Shown: positions 27,694 to 38,068 of the stretch, one piece after another
Numbering within the stretch: position 1 is the first letter of the stretch
How the letters are laid out: every line of letters starts with the position of its first letter
Source: an uncultured candidate division Zixibacteria bacterium
GTDB taxonomy: Bacteria; Zixibacteria; MSB-5A5; GN15; FEB-12
NCBI GenBank assembly: GCA_963806185.1
Contig: CAWDXE010000001.1
Location: 992,001-1,056,000 of the forward strand
Length of the DNA: 64,000 bases
Reading direction: 5' to 3'
Notes under the pieces: model-generated
Database searches by the model: none
What the model was told of the DNA's origin: nothing
Seen by the model: only the letters and a program-made list of their open reading frames with translations
Position numbers and translations under genes: made by a program

Positions 27694-30636
27694 TCAATCG
27701 CACGGTGCGATCGGTGTGAAGGATATGAACATATAGTCCACCAGCGCCGTCAGGTCGCCGATATCCGGTGCCGACGGATTCCCCAGGCCGTCGCAATTCG
27801 CCTCTTCCGGACAACACAACGGTGTGAAGCTGATGAACAGGTTGTCTATGAGCACGGTTAGGTCACCAATATCCGGCTCCTCCAGTGTGCTGCAGTCAAT
27901 ATTCCCGGTCGATCCTTTGCAGCAGGTGGTTGCAGGATTGATACAGGTGCAATGCACCGGTGCCGGCCCTATGCCGATTCCGTAGTCGATAATGTACTGA
28001 ATATCGGCGTAGTTGATGATGCAGTCACCATTGGGATCACCGTTGGCCAGAGGCGATGGAGCGGGTCCACCGATTGTCAGATAGTTGATCAAATAGCTGA
28101 CGTCATTGATATCAATGGCGCCGTCGCTGTTCGCATCGCCCGGCATCTGCCCCAGACACGTATCGGCGGGGCAAATGACAAGCGCGAACTCCAAAACCGT
28201 GTGGATTGGTGCACCCACCGGTTGCACCGGCACCCAGCCCGGATTGTAGTAGTTCTGCCCCTGGAAATTCGCCACGTTTCCTGCATTAACAGGGTATCCC
28301 GAAAATTCCAGATGGAACGCCGGTGGCACCATGGGCAGGCAGGTCGACGGCACGACCGAATACCGATCGTGATGTATCGTCCCATGCGGTCCGGATACAT
28401 ACTGAGCGTCATTGTGCACGCTCGACGGATGGGCGGCCGCCTCATTGTCGTCGAAGTACGGATCAGAGATGCAAAACGCGGGTGTGCTCTCATCCGTACA
28501 GACTCCGGCTATCGTGACAAAATGGCCACCGATACGTTCACAGTAACCGGGCGCCATTTCCTGCCAGAAACCAAGCAGGAGAATCACATCCTGGCTCTTC
28601 ATTACCTGACTCTGCAACCACTCATAACCAAACGCCGGCTCGATCGGCACAACCTGTAACGTGTAGTAAGGGGCCAGTCCGGCGCCGTTGATCCAGGTCT
28701 GGGCAGCGGTGGCCAGATCGAATATGTTGGTTCCCGGCATCACGATATTGGTGTTTGCCAGTTTCGCCAAGGTATCGACGAATGGAATCACATTCGACGG
28801 GTCATGATCGTCCGCCTGAGTCATGCCTCGCACCAACGGATACTGATCACACACCGCGGGTGGCGGCGTGGTGCAGGTGTCGAATTTCGAATCAAACCAC
28901 CAGAGGCAATTGGCCAGGGCCACCGGCCCGCAGTGCGTCCACGGCGCGCCGGGTGGCATGCCGAACCACCAGCCATTCTGCTTTTGATCAAAGTCAGGCA
29001 TCCCCGCCGGGGTGTAATCCAGGTCGGCCGCCTTGTAATATTCACAAGTGTCGGGCCCCGCGCCGGGCACCGGAACTATGGCAGAGAACTCTGACGTATT
29101 CCTATTTACATCCGTAACGGTCGTCGTGAGAAAATCGCCGGGAGATGCCGCTGCAACTGTCAGCGTCCAGCTCCCATCCAGCAGCGGTGCCGCGCTGCCC
29201 AGATACGCCCGTCCCTCTCCATAACCGCTCGGGTCGGGACTGGCGAGGAATAACTCGACCGTTGCAGTGGTCGGGTCTCCGGGAATCGTTACCACGCCCG
29301 CCACCGTGGTATTGCCACCGGCGTAAGTGACTGATATAATCCCCGGAAAATTCAGCTCTTCGTTCGGCCCGGTGTCCAAGTCTCCCAGATCATTCAATGT
29401 TACACCATCGCTCTTCAAGTCGATGCCCAACGCGGCGTTGTCAAAGATGGCATTCATGGTGATCCGATTGCCGTCCGCATTGGTGTTGTCAACGGCATCC
29501 TCCCATACCGAAACACCGGCGGCGCCATTGGCGGAGATGCGGTTGCCCGGTCCTATCACGTTTCTCGGAGCGCATCCCCATTTGGCCTGGCCATATTCAC
29601 CGGCCGTCACGCCATTAAAGAGATTGGGCAGGGGGACGTTCGCAATGTCCAGGCCGATGATATTGGAATCGACGGTGTTGCTGTGAGTGAGAATAGGCGA
29701 TCCGAATCCTACGTTGTTGTACCCCTGGATGCCTATGCCGTCAAAATCATTGCCTGAGACCAGATTTCCGCGAACCAGATTGTGATGCGTGCCTTCGGCC
29801 AGACAAACCCCGTCGTGATCGTTCCCCAAATCTGCGGTCCCGTAGATATCGGTGCCAATGTAATTGTAGAGGATGAAGTTTTGCCAGACATCGCCCGGCA
29901 ATTGAGGTCCGATCACCGCCACACCTTCAGCATAATTTCCGGAAATGAGATTATGAGTGACCGTATTCCGGCAGGCGTAGCCCCCGGGTATGTTCTTAAT
30001 GCGCACGCCGCCCCACAGGGCTGTCATTTGACCGTTTCCCTGATCGAGCGTACCCTTGGGATCAGTGCCGATGAAACAACATTCAATCAGGTTATCGCAT
30101 GCCTCTCCGGTCGGCGTCCCCTCAATGCGAATGCCATCCTCCATGAACTGGTTGATCACCAGCCCACGAATGACATTGTTTGATGACTGTACATTTAGCC
30201 CAGGTGTCGGACCCGCTTGCGGTCCGGTGAGTACAATCATCAATATCGCTGTTGAAGGTGGATTGGTGCCGGCCGCAGAACCGGCCTGTGACAAACCGTC
30301 GATCACCACTCCGGATTGATCGGTGAGTGGCGGCAGGCCCGGCGGGAGAATCCAGAAGAAATATGGCCCCGGGAGGGGAAGATTGAAGATGATGGAATCT
30401 CGGCCCAGATTCGCATTGGCCGCCTGAATGGCCGCGCGAAGACTGCCGACTCCTCCATCCAGAACTGTGGTAACCACCAGGACAGCGGACGGTGAACGTG
30501 GCGCCTTCTGCCCCACTTGATTATCAGCCGATTCGCCTGGTGCTCGAATGGCGAGATCTCTGGTCTCAGCAATGGCTGCGGAGGCCAGGAGAAAAATAGC
30601 GACGCACACTACCATACACGCCCGGAAACGGAACAT
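27694..30636 (-). CDS. Secreted multidomain protein: parallel beta-helix repeats, papain-fold (C39-like) cysteine peptidase, dockerin, dockerin-like C-terminal domain
   Basis: SD AGGAGG before ATG 30636. Signal peptide, GSLRAAIQAAN, repeated NxIGTD/NLISGN, DFDQKQ...HCGPVALAN...GGHFVT...ISDP, GDANSDGAIDINDVSYLINYL, CCKGSTGNIDC. Confidence 0.75.
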   Translation of the reverse strand: MFRFRACMVVCVAIFLLASAAIAETRDLAIRAPGESADNQVGQKAPRSPSAVLVVTTVLDGGVGSLRAAIQAANANLGRDSIIFNLPLPGPYFFWILPPGLPPLTDQSGVVIDGLSQAGSAAGTNPPSTAILMIVLTGPQAGPTPGLNVQSSNNVIRGLVINQFMEDGIRIEGTPTGEACDNLIECCFIGTDPKGTLDQGNGQMTALWGGVRIKNIPGGYACRNTVTHNLISGNYAEGVAVIGPQLPGDVWQNFILYNYIGTDIYGTADLGNDHDGVCLAEGTHHNLVRGNLVSGNDFDGIGIQGYNNVGFGSPILTHSNTVDSNIIGLDIANVPLPNLFNGVTAGEYGQAKWGCAPRNVIGPGNRISANGAAGVSVWEDAVDNTNADGNRITMNAIFDNAALGIDLKSDGVTLNDLGDLDTGPNEELNFPGIISVTYAGGNTTVAGVVTIPGDPTTATVELFLASPDPSGYGEGRAYLGSAAPLLDGSWTLTVAAASPGDFLTTTVTDVNRNTSEFSAIVPVPGAGPDTCEYYKAADLDYTPAGMPDFDQKQNGWWFGMPPGAPWTHCGPVALANCLWWFDSKFDTCTTPPPAVCDQYPLVRGMTQADDHDPSNVIPFVDTLAKLANTNIVMPGTNIFDLATAAQTWINGAGLAPYYTLQVVPIEPAFGYEWLQSQVMKSQDVILLLGFWQEMAPGYCERIGGHFVTIAGVCTDESTPAFCISDPYFDDNEAAAHPSSVHNDAQYVSGPHGTIHHDRYSVVPSTCLPMVPPAFHLEFSGYPVNAGNVANFQGQNYYNPGWVPVQPVGAPIHTVLEFALVICPADTCLGQMPGDANSDGAIDINDVSYLINYLTIGGPAPSPLANGDPNGDCIINYADIQYIIDYGIGIGPAPVHCTCINPATTCCKGSTGNIDCSTLEEPDIGDLTVLIDNLFISFTPLCCPEEANCDGLGNPSAPDIGDLTALVDYMFISFTPIAPCD

Positions 30637-31038
30637 ACATCCTCCTGCGCGCAAACGATTAATATGTAGTACCCAGTCTGCCGCGGCTGGATATTTGATT
30701 GTCGCGTAAAATGTGTCCAGGAGCCCGAGAGTCGGATTGGAACTCTGCGACTCCTGCATATGGAGTCTCTATAATTGAAATGTATCCCTGCCCTCAACAT
30801 GCGTCAAGACAATTCGGGCGTGGAACTATACGGGATAATCTTAAGGACTATTATTCACTTTGTTGACGATTACGGTCGCGTTGAGGGCGTTTCTTGTCAG
30901 CGGAGGGGCACCCCCTCTCGGCCAAGTCAATGGAGCAGGCAAGACAGGGGGCGTCAGCAGGTGTCAGTAAGGTCAACCTGGGCACTTGGGACTCGCGCCC
31001 AGGTTGGTTGTGTACTTACCGCTTGGTTGTGATGACCA

Positions 31039-33246
31039 TCACTGACAGGCGGGCAACACACTGAAATTGATAAACAGGCTGTCTATCAGCGCCGTCAGGT
31101 CGCCGATGTCAATGCCGCTCCAGCCATCGCAGTTTGCCTCAGCCTCGCAGCATAACGGCCCGAAGGTAATGAACAGGTTGTCGATCAGCGCCGTCAGATC
31201 GCCGATATCTACACCGTCGCCCGCCGAGCAGTCGATATTCCCTATCGTGGCGACACAACAGCCACCTCCATTGACATAACTGAAGGTGGGTGCCATTCGC
31301 ACGAATGCGCCGGAGCCGTTGGGCAAACGTCCCGTGCTGCTGTCGGTTACCTGAGCAGGAAATGTCACCGAGTCGATGATGGCCAAAACGGTATCCGACA
31401 GTATTACCGCCTCGCCCGACTTGGATAACGCAAACTTGGCGTGCAGTCCTGCCTGCAGCGTATCCTCGTCCGCCCAAATCATCAGATAGCCCCCCGCGGC
31501 GATCGACGTATCAGGGAATGTCCACTTGCCGGGATTGGTCACCTTGTCGGACAGGTGGCACCCCTTGAGCGATATCGGCGCCGCCGACGGATTGTAGAGT
31601 TCGATCCAGTCATCGTACTCGCCGTCCTGATCGGCTTGCGTAGTACCGTTGTCCGCCATGAACTCATTGATAACTACCTCGGAAACGGTTGGCGACGTAA
31701 CGATCACCACGGAATCTTCAAATTCAGCTCTGGCCGGCAGGAAAGAACCGGCCGACGCATTTTCCGCGTAGATATAGAAGTGAATGTCGGAAGTGCCGGC
31801 GGTGATGGATACGCCGTAGACACTATCTCCGGCTGCGCCATCGTTGTGATTGCCGTCATCCAGCATGTCGGCTTTCACAAAACCTTCGGCGGCACTCGCC
31901 TTGTAGCCAAGCTTCACGCTGGCGGCATACCGAACGTGCGCCGTAAAGGTCGCCGGATTACCGATCTCCACGGTTGTCGGCGTGTGAGACACCGCTACGA
32001 TGGTGGGGGCCTGCGCCGTAAATTCGGCCCGTGTATTCAGGTAGGTCACCCGTCCCGATATGAGCGGGACAATGCCGCAGACCGACTGCGATCCCGGCGA
32101 GGCCGCCGTGAGATTCGTTTGGAAGGCAGCATAGGTGTAGAACTTATTCGGGTCGGCCAGTACGTACGCATCAACCAGACTCTGTAATTCCGCGCCGCGC
32201 GTCTGATACCAGCCGTTGGAGAAATTCTCTTCCATCATCGTCTTCATGTGAGCGAAATACATCTTCTTCCAGGAAGCATTGGTGAGAATCTTGGTGATGA
32301 TCGGGTACTTGGCATTGGAAACATTGGTCAACGGATTCAACTGCTGCATCCCGGACAACGTCAGATTGCCTGACCCAATCAACTGGGTGAAGCCGCCGAA
32401 ATTCATATTGAGATCCTAGATGATCGGATTGAACCGCTTGTCGTCATTGCGATACAAATAGTAATTGTGGTTCATGCTAATCGGGGCATCGAGATTCACC
32501 AGAAGAAAGTCATACGCCAGCATCCAGAGGTGCCGGTCGATGTCGAGTACTTTCGAAACGGCCGTGGAATAATTATTCAACGTGTCGAGAAAGTCGATCA
32601 GATCGGCCCAGCCCTCATCGGAGTCCAGTTCGTAAAGCATGCTGTAGTTGGCCGAATCCACTCCGAGATACCCCCAGACGGCATAGGTACTCGACAAGCC
32701 GTCATATGCCCCTTTAAAGCAGGCGTTCTCGTCGTTGCCAAAGTGCGTTCGCAGGAAAAGCTTGTCGATATCCTGCACGCTGACATAAAAGCCGATCAGC
32801 GTGCCGTTGACATAGACATTGGTATAATTGGCCAAACAGGCCGGCATGTATTTGCGTGCTATTTCGTAGCCAAGTACCTCACGAACAAAACTCGGATCAC
32901 TCCAGACATTGGCCAGCTTCAGTGTCCCATATCCTTCGATCTCCTGGTTGTCGATGATGTAGTCGAGCTTGATGTTGAACGGGTTCTTTACCTGGTTTGC
33001 CCGATAGGTGCTGTTCCCCTTATACCGGACGCCGACACTGTCATACTGTACACCATCGATAATAACCGTGCCAAGCAGGCGTTCGTCCAGCTCACGAGCG
33101 AACAGGCTGTCGAGAATGGCGTCCCAGTTGGACTGGGTAAATATCAATTGGATCGTATGAATATTGGTTGGATCGTAGAATCCCTGACCGGCAGCGGACT
33201 GGGCCAGTAGCCCGAACACGATGATGGCTAGTACAAGTTGCTTCAT
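31039..33246 (-). pseudogene. Secreted CotH-kinase-family protein with lamin-tail domain and dockerin-like C-terminus, interrupted by an in-frame TAG
   Basis: VGVRYKGNST, KNPFNIKLD, DPSFVRE, HNYYLY, then FNPII-TAG-DLN (32416-32418) in frame with the downstream ORF. VVINEFMADN...DWIELYN marks the lamin-tail domain; CCVATIGNIDC is terminal. Confidence 0.85.
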
Positions 33247-33379
33247 GGGCGGACCCTCGTGGCTGGAATGTTGCTGGTACCTGGCGATAACGCACAAGTC
33301 CACCTATAGATTAATCGGAATCAGCCGATTTCGGGCGAGGTTCATGTAACAATTTGTATATCCCTCACGCTGAAATTGA

Positions 33380-33748
33380 TCAAATACGCTCCAGATCGTC
33401 TGGCTCGATCGTGAAGTCATGCTGCACGTTGCCGGTATTGCGGGTTGTTGCCGGTTCGAACAACAGAACTTCTGCGACTCCCGTCGCTGACGGCTTATGC
33501 TCCAGGCCGCGTGGCACGATACAGAATTCTCCCGGCCCCAATGAAACCACACAGTCGCGCAAATGGATCTCCATCCGGCCGGAGATCACCAGGAACAGCT
33601 CATCTTCATTCGCGTGGTGGTGCCAGACATATTCTCCTTGAAATTTGACCACTTTCACATATTGACCGTTAAGCTCGCCGACAATCTTCGGCGACCAGTG
33701 TTCCTGAAACGATTCAAGCTTTTCGTTGAGATTGACCTTCGTGAGCAT
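33380..33748 (-). CDS. Cupin domain protein
   Basis: WSPKIVG, VKVVKFQGEYVWHHH..EDELF, VPRGLEHKP, LLFEP..TRNTG; SD AGGAG. Confidence 0.88.
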   Translation of the reverse strand: MLTKVNLNEKLESFQEHWSPKIVGELNGQYVKVVKFQGEYVWHHHANEDELFLVISGRMEIHLRDCVVSLGPGEFCIVPRGLEHKPSATGVAEVLLFEPATTRNTGNVQHDFTIEPDDLERI

Positions 33749-33918
33749 CGCGCCTTCTCCTTGCCGGCCAAGTGTTCCGGTTACCTGTGGGGGAATGACC
33801 TCCGGAGCGCAATATACGCCAGAGCCGACCGAAAAGTTGCCAGAGGAGGCCAAGATTGGTTTCATCGGGTCGAGATTGACAACCGGATCGCCGATACCTA
33901 TATACGTCTGGCAAACTA

Positions 33919-33945
33919 GTAGGTCAGGAGCCTTGTGCTCCTGAC
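33919..33945 (+). repeat. Solitary GTAG REP-like palindrome related to the RAYT-flanking REPs
   Basis: GTAG + GTCAGGAGC-CTTGT-GCTCCTGAC. It shares GTAGGTCAGG...CCTGAC with the REPs at 26197 and 26791. Confidence 0.7.
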
Positions 33946-33969
33946 AGCATGTCCCGCAAGGAGTGTTCT

Positions 33970-35397
33970 TTGGAAATCAGAAAGCCGGCAGTCGCAGGGA
34001 TGTTCTATCCCGGTAATGCGGTCGAATTGACAAAATCGATCGCCTTGTTGTATTCAGAGGTCGACAAGGTCGCACTCTCCGGCCGTCCTATGGCTATCAT
34101 TGCCCCCCATGCAGGGTACCCCTACTCGGGACGGATCGCCGCCAAAGCCTACAAGCTGCTTGAGGGTGAGGAGTATGACAATGTTGTTATCGTCTCTCCC
34201 TCCCACACGGTTTTCTTCCAGGGTGCGTCGGTGTACGGCGGCGACGGTTATCAGACGCCCCTCGGTGTCGTCGAGATCAATCAGGACCTCTCACACAAAA
34301 TGGCAAATATCCATCCCTCGGTCTACCTCTCCAATATGGGGCACGCGACCGGCGGCAGCCGAGGCGAGCACTCTCTCGAAGTTCATCTTCCCTTTCTCCA
34401 GATTGTGCTGGGCACCAAATTCAAGCTCGTGGCCATCGTCATGGGGGACCAGGAGCCGGAATCGGTAAGTGCCGTCGCCGAGGTGCTGGCTTCAACGCTG
34501 AAAGGAACGAACACCCTTCTCGTTGCCTCGACCGACCTTTCCCATTTTCATCCGGAAAAAGTTGCCCGCAAACTGGACTACGCCGTTCAGGCGGCGATAG
34601 AGAAATATGATTCGGACCTGCTTCGCGAAACACTCGAATCCGGCCAGGGCGAAGCCTGCGGCGGCGGTCCGGTGGCAGCGGTCATGCAGGCAACCAAACG
34701 CCTCGGTGGCAGTGAGGTGCGTTTCCTCGATTACAATACATCGGGCGCTACGACCGGCCAGTTTGATGAGGTGGTGGGGTATCTTTCCGCGGCTATCATC
34801 GGCGGAAGCAAAGTCCGTATCGCGCCCAAAGCGGAAATCGGCGCGCATCCGGCTAAACCGACAGGCGACGATTTTACTGATGATGACAAGCAGCTCTTGA
34901 AGAAGATCGCCAACGATGCCATAGTGCATCAATTGGAGAATCGTCGCTATACCCCGCCGGTCAGAGATCAGCTGGAGATCCGTCGGGGTGTTTTCGTAAC
35001 GATATACGTCGGGGACGAGTTGAACGGCTGCATGGGTCAGGTGCGCGGTCGCGACCCGCTCAATCAGTCAGTGGCCGAATTGGCCGTCGCGGCGGCCTTC
35101 GAGGATCCCCGCTTTGAGCCGTTGACGATGGCCGATCTGCCGGCTATGAAGATTGAGATATCCCTGCTCTCGCGTCTGGAACGGGTGAAGGATTTCAGAG
35201 ATATTGTCGTCGGCCGCGACGGCCTGATGATTCGCCTCGACATGCACTCGGGCCTTCTGTTGCCCAAAGTCGCCACCGAGCACAAGTGGAACGCAACTAC
35301 GTTTCTCGAACAAGTTTGCCTCAAGGCCGGTCTCCCCAAGAACGCCTACAAGGACAAGCTTGCCGAAATCTATAAGTTCTCTGCCGACGTTTTTTAA
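33970..35397 (+). CDS. AmmeMemoRadiSam protein B (MEMO1) and protein A (AMMECR1) fusion
   Basis: IRKPAVAGMFYP, APHAGYPYSG, EHSLEVHLPF, STDLSHF, ACGGGP, VVGY; then GVFVT, LNGCMG, AAFEDPRF, GLLLPKVA, CLKAGL. Start TTG 33970 after AAGGAG (or ATG 33949). Confidence 0.9.
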   Translation: MEIRKPAVAGMFYPGNAVELTKSIALLYSEVDKVALSGRPMAIIAPHAGYPYSGRIAAKAYKLLEGEEYDNVVIVSPSHTVFFQGASVYGGDGYQTPLGVVEINQDLSHKMANIHPSVYLSNMGHATGGSRGEHSLEVHLPFLQIVLGTKFKLVAIVMGDQEPESVSAVAEVLASTLKGTNTLLVASTDLSHFHPEKVARKLDYAVQAAIEKYDSDLLRETLESGQGEACGGGPVAAVMQATKRLGGSEVRFLDYNTSGATTGQFDEVVGYLSAAIIGGSKVRIAPKAEIGAHPAKPTGDDFTDDDKQLLKKIANDAIVHQLENRRYTPPVRDQLEIRRGVFVTIYVGDELNGCMGQVRGRDPLNQSVAELAVAAAFEDPRFEPLTMADLPAMKIEISLLSRLERVKDFRDIVVGRDGLMIRLDMHSGLLLPKVATEHKWNATTFLEQVCLKAGLPKNAYKDKLAEIYKFSADVF

Positions 35398-35433
35398 AAT
35401 GAAACGGCCGGTGCGCATCGCACGCACCGGCCG
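35396..35433 (-). terminator. Intrinsic terminator between convergent genes
   Basis: CGGCCGGTGCG-CATCGCA-CGCACCGGCCG followed by TTTCATTTT on the minus strand. Confidence 0.7.
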
Positions 35434-35459
35434 CTCGCTACTTTCTTCAAACTGACCTA

Positions 35460-36632
35460 CTACCCCTTGCGCACCATCGGGCGAATCTTCTGGAACGCGT
35501 TTCGCAAATCGATGAGCAAATCATCGATGTGCTCTATCCCCACCGATAGCCGCACCAGTCCGTCGCCGACCCCGTTGGCTTCGCGTACTTCTTTGGGAAT
35601 TGACGCGTGCGTCATCGACGCCGGGTGATTGATCAATGATTCCACTCCTCCCAGCGATTCGGCCAGCACGAAGACCTCGGTCGCCGTGGCGAATGCCTTC
35701 ACGGTTTCGAAATCCGCCTTGAGGTCAAACGAGAGCATCCCACCCGGCATCGTCATTTTGTTCGGGATCGCCTTGTTGTCGACCCCCGGATAATAAATCC
35801 GCTCGACCATATCGACGGTTTCGAGGTATTCGACTACCTTCATGGCATTGAAAGAGTGCCGCTCCATCCGAAGGTGCAGCGTCTTCAGTCCGCGCAGCAC
35901 CAGCCACGATTCAAACGGCCCGAGGTGGCCGCCCACCGCGTACTGATTGAAACGCACGCGTTCAGCCAATTCGTTGTCCTTCACAATGAGCGCGCCGGCG
36001 ATGACATCACAATGACCGCCCAGGTATTTGGACATCGAGTGATGCACGATATCGGCGCCCAGATCGAGCGGTCGCTGGATGTAGGGGGTGGCAAACGTAT
36101 TGTCGACGGCGACCAGAATATTGCGCGGCTTGGCGATCTGCGCGACCGCCTCAATGTCAATGAGCTGTAAGAGCGGATTCGTCGGCGTCTCGAGCCAGTA
36201 CAGACGCGTGTTCGGCTTGCTTGCCTTGGCAAAATTGGCCGCGTCGCGCCCGTCGATATAGCTGAAATCGAGTCCGAAATTGCGCATCAGCCGCTCAAAC
36301 AGACGGCGCGTGCCGCCGTACAGATCGCTCACCGCTACCACGTGATCGCCGGCTTTGAGCAGATGGAGCACGGCCGTCAGGGCTGACAGCCCGGATGAAA
36401 ACGCGTAACCGTGAGTTCCGTTCTCCAGAGAGGCCAGGGCCTCTTCCAGCGCTTTGCGAGTGGGGTTCGACCAGCGCGAATAGACATAGCCAGACTCGTC
36501 CCCCGGGTAGGCTACCCGATAAGTTGAACTGGGGAAGATGGGCGTGGTCACACTGCCGGTCATATCTTCAGGAACCCGTCCGGCATGAATCGCGCGGGTC
36601 TCGAATCGACGCTTCTGCATTTTATCGTCCAT
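35460..36632 (-). CDS. Cystathionine gamma-lyase/synthase (Cys/Met metabolism PLP enzyme)
   Basis: YSRWSNPT, FSSG, DLYGGT, ETPTNP, DNTFATP, HSMSKYLGGH, AESLGGVESL, RLSVGIE. Confidence 0.93.
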   Translation of the reverse strand: MDDKMQKRRFETRAIHAGRVPEDMTGSVTTPIFPSSTYRVAYPGDESGYVYSRWSNPTRKALEEALASLENGTHGYAFSSGLSALTAVLHLLKAGDHVVAVSDLYGGTRRLFERLMRNFGLDFSYIDGRDAANFAKASKPNTRLYWLETPTNPLLQLIDIEAVAQIAKPRNILVAVDNTFATPYIQRPLDLGADIVHHSMSKYLGGHCDVIAGALIVKDNELAERVRFNQYAVGGHLGPFESWLVLRGLKTLHLRMERHSFNAMKVVEYLETVDMVERIYYPGVDNKAIPNKMTMPGGMLSFDLKADFETVKAFATATEVFVLAESLGGVESLINHPASMTHASIPKEVREANGVGDGLVRLSVGIEHIDDLLIDLRNAFQKIRPMVRKG

Positions 36633-36640
36633 ATTACCTC

Positions 36641-37648
36641 TTACAAAAATCCTTTCTCTCGCATCCACTCGTCATTGAACATCTTACTGATGTACTTTGC
36701 TCCGCTGTCGGGCAATATGACGACCACTATCTTGTCTTCGCCCAGATTCGCCTCTTTGGCATACGTGAGCGCCACGTGCACTGCCGCACCCGACGATCCT
36801 CCGGCCAACAATCCCTCTTTCCGGGCCAACTCCCGGCCGGCCACGAAACACTCCTTGTCGGTCACTTGATATACTTTGTCGATCACCGAAAAATCCATGG
36901 TGGGACAAAGCATGTCCTCGCCGATCCCCTCGACAAAGTAGGTGTTAGGTTCGATCATCGACTTGTCTTTGTGGTAATTGAAATAGACCGACCCGATCGG
37001 ATCGGCGGCCACCGAATAGATCTTGCTGTTCTGCTCTTTGAGATACTTGGCCACACCCGACATGGTACCGCCGGTGCCAATACCGCCGACTATGACATCC
37101 AGTCGCCCGTCGGTCTGTTGCCAGATTTCGGGGCCGGTCAGGCGATAGTGGGCCAGTATGTTGTCCAGGTTGAAGTACTGTCCAATCCAGAACGAATTTG
37201 GCGTCTCGCGGGCAATCCGCTTTCCGGTCTCGTAGTAACTTTCCGGCGATTCCGCCGGTACGGCCGTGGGACAGATGTGAACGGCCGCCCCAAATGCCTT
37301 CATGGCGTCGACTTTCTCCTTGGACATCTTGTCCGGAATGGTCAGGATCGCCTTGTACCCGTTGACCGCCGCAAACATCGCCACAGCCGCGCCGGTGTTG
37401 CCGGACGTCGCTTCGACAATGGTTCCTCCCGGCTTCAGCTCCCCTTTGCGGACCGCCTCGGCAAGGATGAAGTTCACCATCCGATCCTTGATTGACCCAG
37501 TCGGGTTCAGGAATTCCGGTTTCACCAGGACGGTGGCCCGGACCCCGTGGTCGCGGCACATTCGACTGATACGCACCAGCGGCGTATTGCCGACTGCCTC
37601 GGTTATGTTGTTGACCCAAAATTGCTTAGGTTGATTCAAGCGGTGCAT
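36641..37648 (-). CDS. Cystathionine beta-synthase / cysteine synthase family PLP enzyme
   Basis: VGNTPLV, EFLNPTGSIKDR, EATSGNTG, KMSKEK, GIGTGGT, EGIGED, ILPDSG.KYISK; co-transcribed with the gamma-lyase. Confidence 0.92.
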   Translation of the reverse strand: MHRLNQPKQFWVNNITEAVGNTPLVRISRMCRDHGVRATVLVKPEFLNPTGSIKDRMVNFILAEAVRKGELKPGGTIVEATSGNTGAAVAMFAAVNGYKAILTIPDKMSKEKVDAMKAFGAAVHICPTAVPAESPESYYETGKRIARETPNSFWIGQYFNLDNILAHYRLTGPEIWQQTDGRLDVIVGGIGTGGTMSGVAKYLKEQNSKIYSVAADPIGSVYFNYHKDKSMIEPNTYFVEGIGEDMLCPTMDFSVIDKVYQVTDKECFVAGRELARKEGLLAGGSSGAAVHVALTYAKEANLGEDKIVVVILPDSGAKYISKMFNDEWMREKGFL

Positions 37649-37930
37649 CCCTCTCATCGCGGACCCGTGGGCCCCGTTATTATTCTCTCTTTAACGTCTA
37701 TCGGCAGATGCCGGTTCGCCTCCAACTGCTCGTCACCCTCCTTACCTCCAATATTCGGGCGCGCCATCGGCGATGATTACCACCGGACCAATCGCCACGT
37801 CTGCTTCCGAATTTGTGCCAAGCTACGGCTTGAACAGTACTTGTCAAGCCGGCGCCACAAGCCGCCGGCGACCCGGAACCCGGGAGTATTCCGGAGTATA
37901 ATGTCAGGAACGAATGGCCGAAAAAAATGT

Positions 37931-37959
37931 TTGACATCGTCGGTAGGCGCGGTTACTAT
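37931..37959 (+). promoter_or_regulatory. Sigma70-type promoter for the small zinc-finger gene
   Basis: A-tract, then TTGACA - 17 nt - TACTAT. Confidence 0.7.
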
Positions 37960-38068
37960 TGTCCGCCGATTGACGCCCTCCATAGATGACAGCTCCCAGG
38001 GGGACGACTCGCAAGGCCATAGCAACGGCAGTTACGAGAAACCGAAACGAGACATGAGGAACTGACCG

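Noticed and set aside
30974..31006. CAACCTGGGC...GCCCAGGTTG hairpin as a REP
   Set aside because: No GTAG foot and no second copy in the window; more likely a terminator-like or stabilising hairpin after the CotH gene.
32416..32418. Pyrrolysine or genome-wide TAG recoding
   Set aside because: The position corresponds to a conserved Trp one transition away, and TAG clearly terminates several intact genes in this window.
35452..35460. CTGACCTAC matches the REP foot
   Set aside because: No complementary arm; it adjoins the tandem TAG stops of the gamma-lyase gene.
37660..37850. SAM riboswitch ahead of the CBS/CGL operon
   Set aside because: The leader is long and can fold, but SAM-I core motifs (ATC.AGAG, GGCAACC, GTGC.AA.TCC) are absent.
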